A stretch of DNA of 64,000 nucleotides, taken from an uncultured Chloroflexia bacterium. Lineage in GTDB: Bacteria > Chloroflexota > Limnocylindria > Limnocylindrales > CSP1-4. Both the position numbers and the translations under genes were made by a program. Positions 9,979 through 19,080 of this stretch are shown piece by piece (within the stretch, counting starts at the first letter, position 1; the number at the start of each line of letters is the position of its first letter). The notes under the pieces were generated by a model. It was given only the letters and a program-made list of their open reading frames with translations, made no database searches and was not told where the DNA came from. The stretch is from NCBI GenBank assembly GCA_963708015.1, contig OY970185.1, forward strand, positions 127,139 to 191,138, read 5' to 3'.

Positions 9979-10389
9979 GTGACGACCACTGACGGTCTCC
10001 CAAGTGAAACGCTCGTCCTGACCACGATCCTCGTCGTCAGCGACGTGAATCGGTCGCGGGATTGGTACGTGGACGTCCTTGGCGCCGAGCTTTATCGAGA
10101 GTACGGCGGAACCTCCGTCGTCCTGACGTACGCCGGCGCCTGGCTCCTGCTGGTGACCGGCGGAGGGCCAACCGCCGACAAACCGACTGTCACCTTCGCC
10201 GCGCCGCCCGAGCCTAATCTCGTCAGCCACGCATTCACGATCCGGGTGCCCAATTGCCAATCGGCCTACGAGACGCTCCGGGCGCGAGGTGCCACATTCC
10301 TGACGCCGCCGTACGACTGGGGCCGCGAGACGCGTTGCTTCTTTCGCGATCCCGACGGGCACCTCTTCGAGCTCAGCCAGGTCAGCTAA
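9979..10389 (+). CDS. VOC/glyoxalase-bleomycin resistance family protein
   Basis: LVVSDVNRSRDWYVDVLG...RCFFRDPDGHLFELSQ. Confidence 0.85.
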   Translation: MTTTDGLPSETLVLTTILVVSDVNRSRDWYVDVLGAELYREYGGTSVVLTYAGAWLLLVTGGGPTADKPTVTFAAPPEPNLVSHAFTIRVPNCQSAYETLRARGATFLTPPYDWGRETRCFFRDPDGHLFELSQVS

Positions 10390-10537
10390 GTGTGCGCGGG
10401 CCAGGCCTTCACCAGTGCCGTAGTCAGCATCCAAATGGCCCCCCAGGACAGTCCGACCGGCAGATGACGCCCCACGAGCGGCGGCCGAGGATGAATGGGT
10501 AGGAATCTACGCTGCGTGTCCTTCGAAGGAGGCACCG

Positions 10538-11467
10538 ATGAAACGACTGCTGCTGGCCATCACCACCGTCGCGCTCGTCATGGGCCTGGCGGCCCCGGCC
10601 GTCCTCGCCGCCAATCCCCCGGCGGCCTCCGGGGGCGAGGTGCTCATCGCGATCAATGGCAACCTGACCGTGCCCGCTGTCGAACAAACCGACGCGGTCC
10701 TCGTGATCAACGGGACGGCCACCGTCCTCGGGCAGGCCAAGAGCCTCGTCGTCCTGAACGGTTCGGCGGTCCTCCAAGGCGCCACGGTCCAGAACGTGTT
10801 CGTGACCGGCGGCAACCTGACGCTCGGCCCGGGCACGACGGTGACCGGCGATATCCGCACGGTCAACGCGACGGTCAGCCAGGATCCGAGCGCGGTCGTC
10901 AGCGGTTCGATCCGCAACGCGGATGCCGATGTCGTCGGGTTCGCCTGGGCGATCATCCCGCTGATCATCCTGTTCATGCTCGGCTTCGCCCTGGTGACGA
11001 TCGTCGCCGGCCTGGCGCTGGCAGGGCTCGGCTCACGCCAGGTCCGGAGCGCCGAGTCGCTGATCCGGAATGAACTGGGCCTGACGATCGTGTTCGGTGT
11101 CGCTGGCCTGGTCGTCATCCCGATCGCCGCGGTCCTGGCGATGATCACCGTCATCGGCGCCCCGCTCGGCCTGGCGATCCTGTTCATGGCCTGGCCGGCT
11201 GCCGCCTTCGGGGGCTATCTCGTCGCCGGGATCTGGATCGGCGAATGGCTGCTCTACCGCCACAGCACAAGCCGACCCGATCGGCCGTACCTCGCCGCCA
11301 CGATCGGGCTCGTCGTGCTCCAGATCGCCGGGTTCGTCCCGTTCGTCGTGCCGATCGCCAGCCTCGTCGGGTTCGGAGCCGTCCTGCTGCTCGCCTGGCG
11401 GACGCTCCGCGGGCCTGGTCCGCAGGCGGTCCCGAGCCCGACGCTCCCCCAGCCGTCGGGCATCTAG
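10538..11467 (+). CDS. Secreted short beta-solenoid (bactofilin-like) + multi-TM membrane protein
   Basis: Signal peptide; VLVINGTATV/LVVLNGSAVL/VFVTGGNLTL repeats; TM C-terminus with TVIGAPLG; AAGGAGG RBS. Confidence 0.7.
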   Translation: MKRLLLAITTVALVMGLAAPAVLAANPPAASGGEVLIAINGNLTVPAVEQTDAVLVINGTATVLGQAKSLVVLNGSAVLQGATVQNVFVTGGNLTLGPGTTVTGDIRTVNATVSQDPSAVVSGSIRNADADVVGFAWAIIPLIILFMLGFALVTIVAGLALAGLGSRQVRSAESLIRNELGLTIVFGVAGLVVIPIAAVLAMITVIGAPLGLAILFMAWPAAAFGGYLVAGIWIGEWLLYRHSTSRPDRPYLAATIGLVVLQIAGFVPFVVPIASLVGFGAVLLLAWRTLRGPGPQAVPSPTLPQPSGI

Positions 11468-11513
11468 GAGCGACCATCAGGACGACGTCGTCGCGAAGTG
11501 GAGCCGCCCGAGG

Positions 11514-12626
11514 CTAGTCGGGCCGGTCCGAAGCGAGCCGGGCCGGTCGGCCGATGAATGCGCCGTAGGCTTGCACGGCCTCCACGAGGCCTTCGTGGAT
11601 GTGGCCGGGCAACCGGGCGAACGGGGTCGCCTCGACCACGATCTCGCGTGCCCGAAGGGTCCGCTTCCAGGTGCCGACGACCTCGCCGTCGGCCACGATC
11701 GTCGGCTTGAACATCCCGTTGGCACCCGGCACGATCGCCTCGGCGTGCTCGGGTGCCAGGGCAGCGCTTCGATCCCCGTAGCCGAGCAGGTACTCATCGA
11801 AGCCCGGCAGGAGGTGGACCCGAGCCGCGGGCGCGGCGATGGACAGGGTCTCAGGCGCGATCTGGTATCGCACGCCATCGAGCCCGAGGCTCGTGAGCTC
11901 CGTCCCGCAGATCGCGATGCCGCGCCGCACGTCTCCGAGGGTCAAGCCGGACCATCGCGCGAGGTCGGCGGCGGTGGCCGGTCCGTGGCTTCGGAAGTAG
12001 CGCAGGGCGAGCTCAGCGAGCGCCTCGTCACGATCGAGCCGGCGTGGGTGCGGCACCCAGTCATCGAGCAGAGCGAACGTCTGCTGGCGGCCATCGGTCG
12101 CCCCGAGGACAAGCGTGCCGGTCTGAGCGAGATACCAGAGCAGGTGGTAGGCGCGCTGACCCGCCGGACTGACGCCGGCCGCCTCGAAGGCGGCGAGAAG
12201 CGGGTCGCGGGTCAGGATCCGGCGACCGGCCAAGGCTGATAGGGCTGTCTCACGGGCCTTCTCGATGTCCGCGTCGGTGATCCCGAGGGCGGCCCGACGA
12301 CCCGCGGCCGATGCGATCGCCCGGGGCGCCGTGAGCGCAAGCAGCCAGCCGAGGTCCTCGCCCGCCACGAGATGGAGAGTGCCCCGCAGCGGCCAGGATC
12401 GAACGATCTCACCAGCGTCGCAGGCGGCCTCGACCGCACCCTCGGTCGCGCCGGCCTGGCGTACACCGACCGACCACTTGACGCCCTGGAAGTCCTGGCC
12501 CTGGAGGGCCAGCAATCGCCGGACCACCTCGACCGGCCGCGAGACCTCTCTCGTGCCGATGTGCTGGGCGGCCATCCGGAGTGACGTCAGACGCCGGCGG
12601 CTCGGGGTGAAGGCAGGGCCAGGCAT
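11514..12626 (-). CDS. AlkZ-like (HTH_42) DNA glycosylase family protein
   Basis: LALQGQD (QxQ), SWPLRGTLHLV, YFRSHGPATAADLARWSGL, LLPGFDEYLLGY, DGEVVGTW. Confidence 0.85.
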   Translation of the reverse strand: MPGPAFTPSRRRLTSLRMAAQHIGTREVSRPVEVVRRLLALQGQDFQGVKWSVGVRQAGATEGAVEAACDAGEIVRSWPLRGTLHLVAGEDLGWLLALTAPRAIASAAGRRAALGITDADIEKARETALSALAGRRILTRDPLLAAFEAAGVSPAGQRAYHLLWYLAQTGTLVLGATDGRQQTFALLDDWVPHPRRLDRDEALAELALRYFRSHGPATAADLARWSGLTLGDVRRGIAICGTELTSLGLDGVRYQIAPETLSIAAPAARVHLLPGFDEYLLGYGDRSAALAPEHAEAIVPGANGMFKPTIVADGEVVGTWKRTLRAREIVVEATPFARLPGHIHEGLVEAVQAYGAFIGRPARLASDRPD

Positions 12627-12709
12627 GTCGCCCAGTATCAGTGCTCGCTGCGATCGGCCGCGGACGCACGAGGGCATGATCGCCAGCCCGGCCGTATTAC
12701 GATCCGGCC

Positions 12710-13171
12710 GTGCTGGTGTCTGTCGGCGTACGGGACGTTCGACCTCGGCGACTCGCCGCCGTTCGGCGTGAACTCACCGCGGGCGAGGTTGGCGCAGCCT
12801 GGGGACCGGCGGTGGGAAAGGTCTGGGATTTCATGCGCAGCCAGCCAGGGCTATGGGCTGGCGGCCACAACGTCTTCCTGTACCACAACCCGAGCCAGCC
12901 GGGATCGTTGCTCCAATGCGACTTCGGGGTCGAAGTCACCCGCTCGTTCGAACCCGAGGGCGACGTGTTCGCGACCGACACGCCAGGTGGCCAGGCGCTC
13001 GTCGCCGTCTACCGCGGGCCATACGATCGCCTGCGCGAGGCGTACGAGGCGATCGAAGAATGGCTCGCCGCGAATCGGAGGGCGTCGGCCGGGCTCTCCT
13101 GGAAGATCTATGGCGACCCGACGCCGGATCCGGCCGACACCGAGACGACCGTCGTCCATCTGCTGAAATAG
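12710..13171 (+). CDS. GyrI-like domain protein
   Basis: HNVFLYH...DFGVEV...TPGG...YRGPYDRLREAYEAIEEW...W.IYGD. Confidence 0.8.
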   Translation: MLVSVGVRDVRPRRLAAVRRELTAGEVGAAWGPAVGKVWDFMRSQPGLWAGGHNVFLYHNPSQPGSLLQCDFGVEVTRSFEPEGDVFATDTPGGQALVAVYRGPYDRLREAYEAIEEWLAANRRASAGLSWKIYGDPTPDPADTETTVVHLLK

Positions 13172-13186
13172 ATTTCGAACGGGCTT

Positions 13187-13237
13187 AGGCCGAACGCCTT
13201 CATGCCCTGACCACGCCCTGCCGACCGAAAGAGTGGC
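13187..13237 (-). pseudogene. 5' remnant (promoter + first codons) of a homolog of the 20892-21311 lipoprotein gene
   Basis: 13187-13216 is 26/30 identical to 21295-21324 (MKAFGL vs MKALGL); GCCAC-N17-CGTG-N8-ATG mirrors GCAAC-N17-CGTC-N8-ATG. Confidence 0.5.
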
Positions 13238-13289
13238 AGTTGCACGGCTTCTCGAGGCGCATTCGACTCGGCCGATCTATGGTTCCCGA

Positions 13290-15854
13290 ATGAAACGACG
13301 TCCCAGGCGTCGATCACGGTTGGTCCTCAATCCGGTCTCGGTCGCCCTGGTGGCAATGCTGGCGGCTGCCGGTTGTCTCGCCCCCGGGTCAGTCGGGAGT
13401 CCAGGCCCGTCGGCCGCGCCGACCAACGATCGTGCGGTCGCCTCTGCCAATCCTGGGCGTCCGAGCCCAGCACTCGCCGCCGACTGGCCGGTGTACCACG
13501 GTGATCCCGCCCGAACCGGCCTGGCGAGCTCGTTTCCAGCGCTCGGCGCCGGGCTGACCCAGGCCTGGAGCACCGCCCTCGATGGTGCCGTCTACGGCGA
13601 GCCGCTCGGAGTGGCCGGCCAGGTGATCGTGGCGACCGAGGGTGACACCGTCTACAGCCTCGATTCGACGACCGGTTCGATCACCTGGCATCAGCACCTC
13701 GGCACGCCGGTGGCACTCTCGAGCCTGCCCTGCGGCGACATCGATCCCCTCGGGATCACCAGCACCCCGGTCTACGATCCAGCGACCGGCTCGGTCTTCG
13801 TCGTGGCCGAGGTGAGCGGGCCAGCGCACACGCTCTTTGCGCTCGATCCCTCGTCCGGGGCCGTCCGCTGGTCGCGCAGCGTTGACCTCCCCGGCCACGA
13901 TCCGTCCACCCACCAGCAGCGGGCCGCGCTCGCGCTGGGCAATGGCTACGTCTACATCGGTTTCGGCGGACTTGCCGGTGACTGCGGCCAGTACCAGGGC
14001 GAGGTCGTCGGCGTCCCGACGAGCGGGGCCGGGACGACGATCTCCTACCAGGTCCCGGTGGCTCGGGAGGGCGCAGTGTGGGCGACCGGCGGGCCGGTGA
14101 TCGACCCGGCCGGCAACCTGTATGTCTCGGTCGGAAACGGCAGCTCGACGACAACCTACGACGGGAGCGACAGCGTCCTCGAGCTTTCACCGAAGCTCGC
14201 CCTCCTGTCCCGCTTTGCCCCGGCGCAGTGGGCCCACGACAACGCGACCGACGCCGACCTCGGATCGCTCAGCCCCGTGCTCGTACCCGGTGGCTGGGTC
14301 TTCATCGCCGGCAAGAGCGGGATCGGCTACGTCCTCAAGCAAGGAGCCCTCGGTGGGATCGGTGGCGAGGTCCACACGGCCACGGTCTGTCGAGGATTTG
14401 GTGGGGCGGCGATCGAGGGATCGACCATCTACGTGCCGTGCTCGAGTGGACTCCGGATGGTCCAAATCGGTGCCGGCGGCGCGATCACTCCCGGCTGGCA
14501 GACGAGCTCCGGGGCGACCGGGCCGCCGGTCATCGGGGGCGGGGCGGTCTGGAGCGTGTCGATCGCCTCGGGCAAGCTCTTTGCCCTCTCTGAAGCAGAC
14601 GGGAGCGTCCTCGCGAGCATCGGCCTCGGGTCTGTCCCCCACTTCGACGCCCCAACTCTGTGGGACGGGCTCGTGCTCGTTGGGACGCTCTCGGGCGTGG
14701 TGGCCATCCAGGCGGCCGTGCCGAGCGCCGCGTCCACCTACCACAGCCTCGGCGCGAGCCGGATCCTCGACACCCGCGCCGGGACCGGCCTGGCGGGTCC
14801 ATTCACGAGCCGGGTCGCCCGGGAGTTCACGGTCGCGGGCAAGGGTGGCGTCGACCCGGCCGCGATCGCGGTCACCGGCAACCTGACCGTGACCGGCCAG
14901 ACCCAGGCGGGCTACGTCAGCCTGACGACGACGCCCCAGAGCGCGCCCGGGACCTCGACGATCAACGTCCCGCTCGGCGATACCCGGGCCAATGGGGTGA
15001 CCCTCGGCCTGGCCGGCAACGGTGGGTTATGGGCGACCTACGTCGCGAGTGGCTCAGCCAGGGCGAACCTCGTGTTCGACGTGACCGGCTACTTCACACC
15101 TGATGCCACCGGCGCCACGTACCACGCCGTCGCGCCGGCCCGAATCCTCGATACCCGGTCTTCGGCGGGGCTCACGAGCAGGGTGCCGCTCGAGTTCCCG
15201 GCGACGGGCCACGGCGGCGTGCCCTCCGGGGCGATTGCGGTCACGGGCAACCTCACCGTGACCGGCCAGACGCGGCCCGGCTATGTCAGCCTGACAACGA
15301 CGTCGCAGAGCGCCCCGACCACCTCGACGATCAACGTCCCACTCGGCGACACCCGGGCCAATGGGATAACCGCGCAGCTCACCGGGGACGGCCAGCTCTG
15401 GGCGACCTACGTCGCGAATGGCTCAGGTACAACCGACCTCGTCTTCGATGTGACCGGCTACTTCACGCCCGATGCGACTGGGGCGACCTACCACAGCCTC
15501 GGCGCGAGCCGGATCCTCGACACCCGCGCCGGGACCGGCCTGGCGGGTCCATTCACGAGCCGGGTCGCCCGGGAGTTCACGGTCGCGGGCAAGGGTGGCG
15601 TCGACCCGGCCGCGATCGCGGTCACCGGCAACCTGACCGTGACCGGCCAGACCCAGGCGGGCTACGTCAGCCTGACGACGACGCCCCAGAGCGCGCCCGG
15701 GACCTCGACGATCAACGTCCCGCTCGGCGATACCCGGGCCAATGGGGTGACCCTCGGCCTGGCCGGCAACGGTGGGTTATGGGCGACCTACGTCGCGAGT
15801 GGCTCAGCCAGGGCGAACCTCGTGTTCGACGTGACCGGCTACTTTTCGCCCTGA
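13290..15854 (+). CDS. Secreted/lipoprotein PQQ-like beta-propeller protein with three C-terminal ~125-aa 'RILDTR' domains
   Basis: Basic N-terminus + LAAAGC; DWPVYHGD..RTG, WSTALDGAVYGEPL, GITSTPVYD, DADLGS; three RILDTR...VTGNLTVT...RANG...FDVTGYF units. Confidence 0.8.
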   Translation: MKRRPRRRSRLVLNPVSVALVAMLAAAGCLAPGSVGSPGPSAAPTNDRAVASANPGRPSPALAADWPVYHGDPARTGLASSFPALGAGLTQAWSTALDGAVYGEPLGVAGQVIVATEGDTVYSLDSTTGSITWHQHLGTPVALSSLPCGDIDPLGITSTPVYDPATGSVFVVAEVSGPAHTLFALDPSSGAVRWSRSVDLPGHDPSTHQQRAALALGNGYVYIGFGGLAGDCGQYQGEVVGVPTSGAGTTISYQVPVAREGAVWATGGPVIDPAGNLYVSVGNGSSTTTYDGSDSVLELSPKLALLSRFAPAQWAHDNATDADLGSLSPVLVPGGWVFIAGKSGIGYVLKQGALGGIGGEVHTATVCRGFGGAAIEGSTIYVPCSSGLRMVQIGAGGAITPGWQTSSGATGPPVIGGGAVWSVSIASGKLFALSEADGSVLASIGLGSVPHFDAPTLWDGLVLVGTLSGVVAIQAAVPSAASTYHSLGASRILDTRAGTGLAGPFTSRVAREFTVAGKGGVDPAAIAVTGNLTVTGQTQAGYVSLTTTPQSAPGTSTINVPLGDTRANGVTLGLAGNGGLWATYVASGSARANLVFDVTGYFTPDATGATYHAVAPARILDTRSSAGLTSRVPLEFPATGHGGVPSGAIAVTGNLTVTGQTRPGYVSLTTTSQSAPTTSTINVPLGDTRANGITAQLTGDGQLWATYVANGSGTTDLVFDVTGYFTPDATGATYHSLGASRILDTRAGTGLAGPFTSRVAREFTVAGKGGVDPAAIAVTGNLTVTGQTQAGYVSLTTTPQSAPGTSTINVPLGDTRANGVTLGLAGNGGLWATYVASGSARANLVFDVTGYFSP
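14736..15844 (+). repeat. Three-unit intragenic repeat; units 1 and 3 identical at DNA level
   Basis: 14736-15094 matches 15486-15844 base for base (offset 750); middle unit diverged. Confidence 0.9.
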
Positions 15855-15916
15855 CCGAGTCGGCGGCTACGACCCAGGCCTAGCGCGCTCTTCCGGTGCC
15901 CGATGGGCATTGAACC
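15852..15916. repeat. Degenerate 65-bp direct repeat, right copy (contains the MFS stop codon)
   Basis: 58/65 identical to 9872-9936; offset 5980. Confidence 0.85.
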
Positions 15917-17123
15917 CTCGGTACAGCAGGAGGTCGTAGACGATCTTCAGGCTGCCGGCGATCACGAAGGGCGTCCAGGCGAGGGCAGCCGAGAGGTACA
16001 GCGGCGCCGCGACCAGGGGAGACGCGGCCACTCCGAGGCTCCGGGCGATTCCGGTCACCCCTGCCGCGGCTGAGCGCTCGTCCGGAGCGACGATCGCGAT
16101 CGTATAGGACTGGCGGGTTGGCACGTCCATCTGGCTGATGCTGAATCGGACGAGCAGGACGGTCGCCGCCAGCGGCAACGTCGGCATGAACGGCACGAGC
16201 AGGAGCAGGACGTTCGACGGGAGATGGGTGAACACCATCGTCCGGACGAGTCCGAAGCGCCGGGCCAGCGGCCCGGCCGCCAGCGCCGACAATCCGGCCA
16301 GGACGTTAGCCCCAAAGATCAGGGCACCGAGCGCCGCTGGGTCCATCCCGAACCGATGGCTGAACCAGTAGGTGATGAACCCGGCGATCACGAACCCACC
16401 GGCAAAGGCGTCGAGCGCGAACAGGGCGGAGAGCCGCAGGACGACTCGTTGCGATCGATGGAGCCCGAGACGGGTCCGGATCGTGGCGTCGGTGACCTCT
16501 CCAATCGGAACCTCGATCCGTGGCGAGGCCCGGCTGAACAGGATCGCCAGCACGACGCCGCCCAGGGCGTACCCGATGATCACGAGCCGATAGGCATCGG
16601 CCGCCGAAGCGCCGGCATCGATCGCGAGCTGAGCCAGCCCGCCGCCGACCAGCGCCCCGGCCGCGGTGGCGAACGATCCGGTCAGCTGGTAGCGGGCAAA
16701 GATCGAGGTTCGCCGGTCATCTCCCACGATCTGGCTGAGGGACGCCTGCTCGACGGCCAGGAACGGCCCGACCTCGTTGCCGCTCGGACTGATCACGCCG
16801 ATCGTGGCCGCGATCACGACGACCAGATAGACCGGGGTGGCAACGAACACGAGGCCGGCCGCGAGCATCAGGATCGCTCCAATGATCAGTACCCGCCGCC
16901 GCCCGATCCGATCGGCATGGGTCGTGAGCCAGAGTGAGACGGCTGCATCGCCCAACAGGGTCAAGGCCAGGAGCAGCCCGATCTCGGTCGCCGACCAAGC
17001 AAGCGCCGTCAGGTACAGGACGAGAACGACCGAGACGAGTCCATAGCCGAACATCCGGATTGCCCGGGTCAGGAAGAGGAGCCCCAGATCATTACCTGCA
17101 CCCAGGGCGGGTTTGGCCGACAT
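15867..17123 (-). CDS. MFS transporter
   Basis: Motif A HADRIGRRRVL; GVISPSGNEVGPF; LFALDAFAGGF; SQMDVPTRQSY; ~12 TM. Confidence 0.9.
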   Translation of the reverse strand: MSAKPALGAGNDLGLLFLTRAIRMFGYGLVSVVLVLYLTALAWSATEIGLLLALTLLGDAAVSLWLTTHADRIGRRRVLIIGAILMLAAGLVFVATPVYLVVVIAATIGVISPSGNEVGPFLAVEQASLSQIVGDDRRTSIFARYQLTGSFATAAGALVGGGLAQLAIDAGASAADAYRLVIIGYALGGVVLAILFSRASPRIEVPIGEVTDATIRTRLGLHRSQRVVLRLSALFALDAFAGGFVIAGFITYWFSHRFGMDPAALGALIFGANVLAGLSALAAGPLARRFGLVRTMVFTHLPSNVLLLLVPFMPTLPLAATVLLVRFSISQMDVPTRQSYTIAIVAPDERSAAAGVTGIARSLGVAASPLVAAPLYLSAALAWTPFVIAGSLKIVYDLLLYRGFNAHRAPEERARPGS

Positions 17124-17215
17124 CAGCCCGTGCGCAGCCGATCCTTGTCCCAGGCATACAGGGCCCCGTACACCGGGAGGTCGGTTCCAGGGTGTTCCCG
17201 AGCGATCCATTCCAT
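17123..17215 (-). pseudogene. chrB: Internally deleted chromate-resistance ChrB-like gene remnant (30 aa)
   Basis: MEWIAREHPGTD|LPVYGALYAWDKDRLRTG joins ChrB-like N-terminal (MKWxTRERPKxD) and C-terminal (VYDALYAW) motifs; GGAGG RBS; TGATG coupling to the MFS gene. Confidence 0.6.
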
Positions 17216-17340
17216 TCGATCGCCTCCGATGCCCCATGGCCGTGGGGGCGCCTTCATGGTGTAGTCGGTGGCCGGCCGAGCGGCACCGACCGTGGGGCTA
17301 CGATCTACCTTCAGGTCGAAAATTACAGGGTGGTCCAGGC

Positions 17341-17589
17341 GTGATCGAGTACCTGCCCGGAGGCGAACCCGAGCCCGACGCGAACGCCGAGGCTGTGTTT
17401 GTCGGCGGCCCGAGAGACGGCGAGCGCGGCCATCTCGAGGCGCGGTCCGCAACGATCCCAGCGAGCGACGGAATCTACCAGCGAAGCGTCTCGTGCGCCG
17501 ACGACGGCGCAGTGCGGTATGTCTGGGTTTCGCGTCCGGTCCCAGGTGTGCCTCGGCGCAGCAGTCCTCACGGCAAGCCGAGTCGCTGA
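17341..17589 (+). CDS. Small hypothetical protein
   Basis: AVFVGGPRDG...YQRS...RYVW; coding-like codon usage. Confidence 0.5.
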   Translation: MIEYLPGGEPEPDANAEAVFVGGPRDGERGHLEARSATIPASDGIYQRSVSCADDGAVRYVWVSRPVPGVPRRSSPHGKPSR

Positions 17590-17606
17590 ACGGGTCCGAA
17601 CGCCAG

Positions 17607-17876
17607 CTACTCGAGCTTGATCGATTCCCGCCGTCGGATTCGCTCCGCCGGGACGCGATCGGTCCGCGCGATCCAGTGATCCAGCACCGCCCGGGCAGCC
17701 AGCAACTGCTCCTTGCGGGCGGCCCGCAGGTGAGTCCTGACGTCGCTCGGGACGAGCTGCGCGATCAGGGTCTCGAATGAAGCCGCCTCCGACTCGCGGG
17801 CTTCGAGCTCGGCCAGTCGTTCTTCAAGGTGGGCAAGTCGCGCTGCCTCGTCGGGGGTGTGGTCGATCTTCGCCAT
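17607..17876 (-). CDS. Small coiled-coil protein downstream of Get3/ArsA ATPase
   Basis: AAAGGAG RBS; heptad LAHLEERLAELEARE; HLRAARKEQLLAARAVLDHWI. Confidence 0.75.
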   Translation of the reverse strand: MAKIDHTPDEAARLAHLEERLAELEARESEAASFETLIAQLVPSDVRTHLRAARKEQLLAARAVLDHWIARTDRVPAERIRRRESIKLE

Positions 17877-17880
17877 GTTG

Positions 17881-19080
17881 CTACGCTCCTTTCGCGGCCT
17901 CGGCCGCTGAACGCGGGGGAGGACCGAACTCGATCCGAAGAGTGTGGTCGTGGAATGCGCCGCCGGTCGTCGGGGCGTCCAACAGCACCCGGGGCAGAAT
18001 CAAATTCCGCCGCCATGAGGCCACCTGGATCACCAGCTCGTCCCCGAACCGGTTCAGGTGGACCTCGTCGCGGGAGGTGAACGGGAGCTCAAGCTCGAGC
18101 ACGAAGCCCTCGCCGTCGCGCCGGATCGTATAGGGCCGGCCACGATAGAAGATGCCGACGGGGTCCTCATCGCCGAACACCGACGCCCCGAGCTGGCGGA
18201 GCATGCGGTCGCCCAGGACCTCCTCGCGATAGAACGGCGCGGTCTTCACCGGGACCGGGGCGAACGCCGCCTCGACCATCGGCCAGTAACGCTGCTGCGC
18301 ATCGCGCAACGCCCCGAAGTACTCGCCCGTATCCGGCGGCAGCACCCGGTTGCAGACGACGAGGTCGGTCGGGTAGCCGTACAAGTGGAAGTAGGTAAAT
18401 GAGCGCTGGGCCTCCTTGATCACCATCTTCTCGAGGTTCAGGACAACCCGAACGGAGGTCAGCTCCGGGTCGACCAGCAGGTCGTGCATGTGCTCGAGTC
18501 GGTGGAACAGCTCCTCGCCTGCGCTGAAGAGCTCGTCGCCCGGCATCGGCATGCCGGTGACCCGGCCAACGATCGGACTGGCCAGCTTGGCGACCCGCCG
18601 CTGGATCGGATACACCTTTTCCAGCCACCACTTGCCGGCCTCGGGCAGACTGAGAAGACGGAGCGTCTCGCCGGTCGGCGCTGCGTCGACGATGATGACG
18701 TCGAACTCGCCACGGTCGTGGTGCTCGGCGATCCAGAGCAGGCTGGCGAGCTCGTCCATCCCGGGCAGAACGCTCATCTCCTCGGCCATCACGGCATCGA
18801 GGCCGCGCCACCTCAGAACGCTCGATACATACGCCTGGATCGTTCCCCAGTATTTATCGATGTTGTGGAAGACCTCGGACTCCTGGCCCCACAGGTTCGG
18901 GCCGAGTCGGGTCGGCTCTGGTCCGAGCGGACGGTCAAAGGAGTCAGCGAGGCTGTGCGCCGCGTCCGTTGACAGGACGAGCGTCCGATGGCCACGATCG
19001 GCCGCGAGCAGACCGGTCGCGGCGGCCACGCTGGTTTTGCCCACGCCGCCCTTGCCGGTGTAGACGATGATCCGAGCCAC
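17881..19080 (-). CDS. ArsA/Get3-family ATPase with C-terminal HSP20-like domain (Get3d-like)
   Basis: Single ATPase domain: GKGGVGKT, STDAAHSL, LPGMDEL, DAAPTGETLRLL; C-terminal LELPF...GDELVIQVASWRRNLILP. Confidence 0.85.
   Translation of the reverse strand: MARIIVYTGKGGVGKTSVAAATGLLAADRGHRTLVLSTDAAHSLADSFDRPLGPEPTRLGPNLWGQESEVFHNIDKYWGTIQAYVSSVLRWRGLDAVMAEEMSVLPGMDELASLLWIAEHHDRGEFDVIIVDAAPTGETLRLLSLPEAGKWWLEKVYPIQRRVAKLASPIVGRVTGMPMPGDELFSAGEELFHRLEHMHDLLVDPELTSVRVVLNLEKMVIKEAQRSFTYFHLYGYPTDLVVCNRVLPPDTGEYFGALRDAQQRYWPMVEAAFAPVPVKTAPFYREEVLGDRMLRQLGASVFGDEDPVGIFYRGRPYTIRRDGEGFVLELELPFTSRDEVHLNRFGDELVIQVASWRRNLILPRVLLDAPTTGGAFHDHTLRIEFGPPPRSAAEAAKGA

Noticed and set aside
17881-19080. arsA arsenic-resistance call
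   Set aside because: Single ATPase domain with HSP20-like tail and no arsB/arsD/arsR context; fits a Get3d-like protein better.
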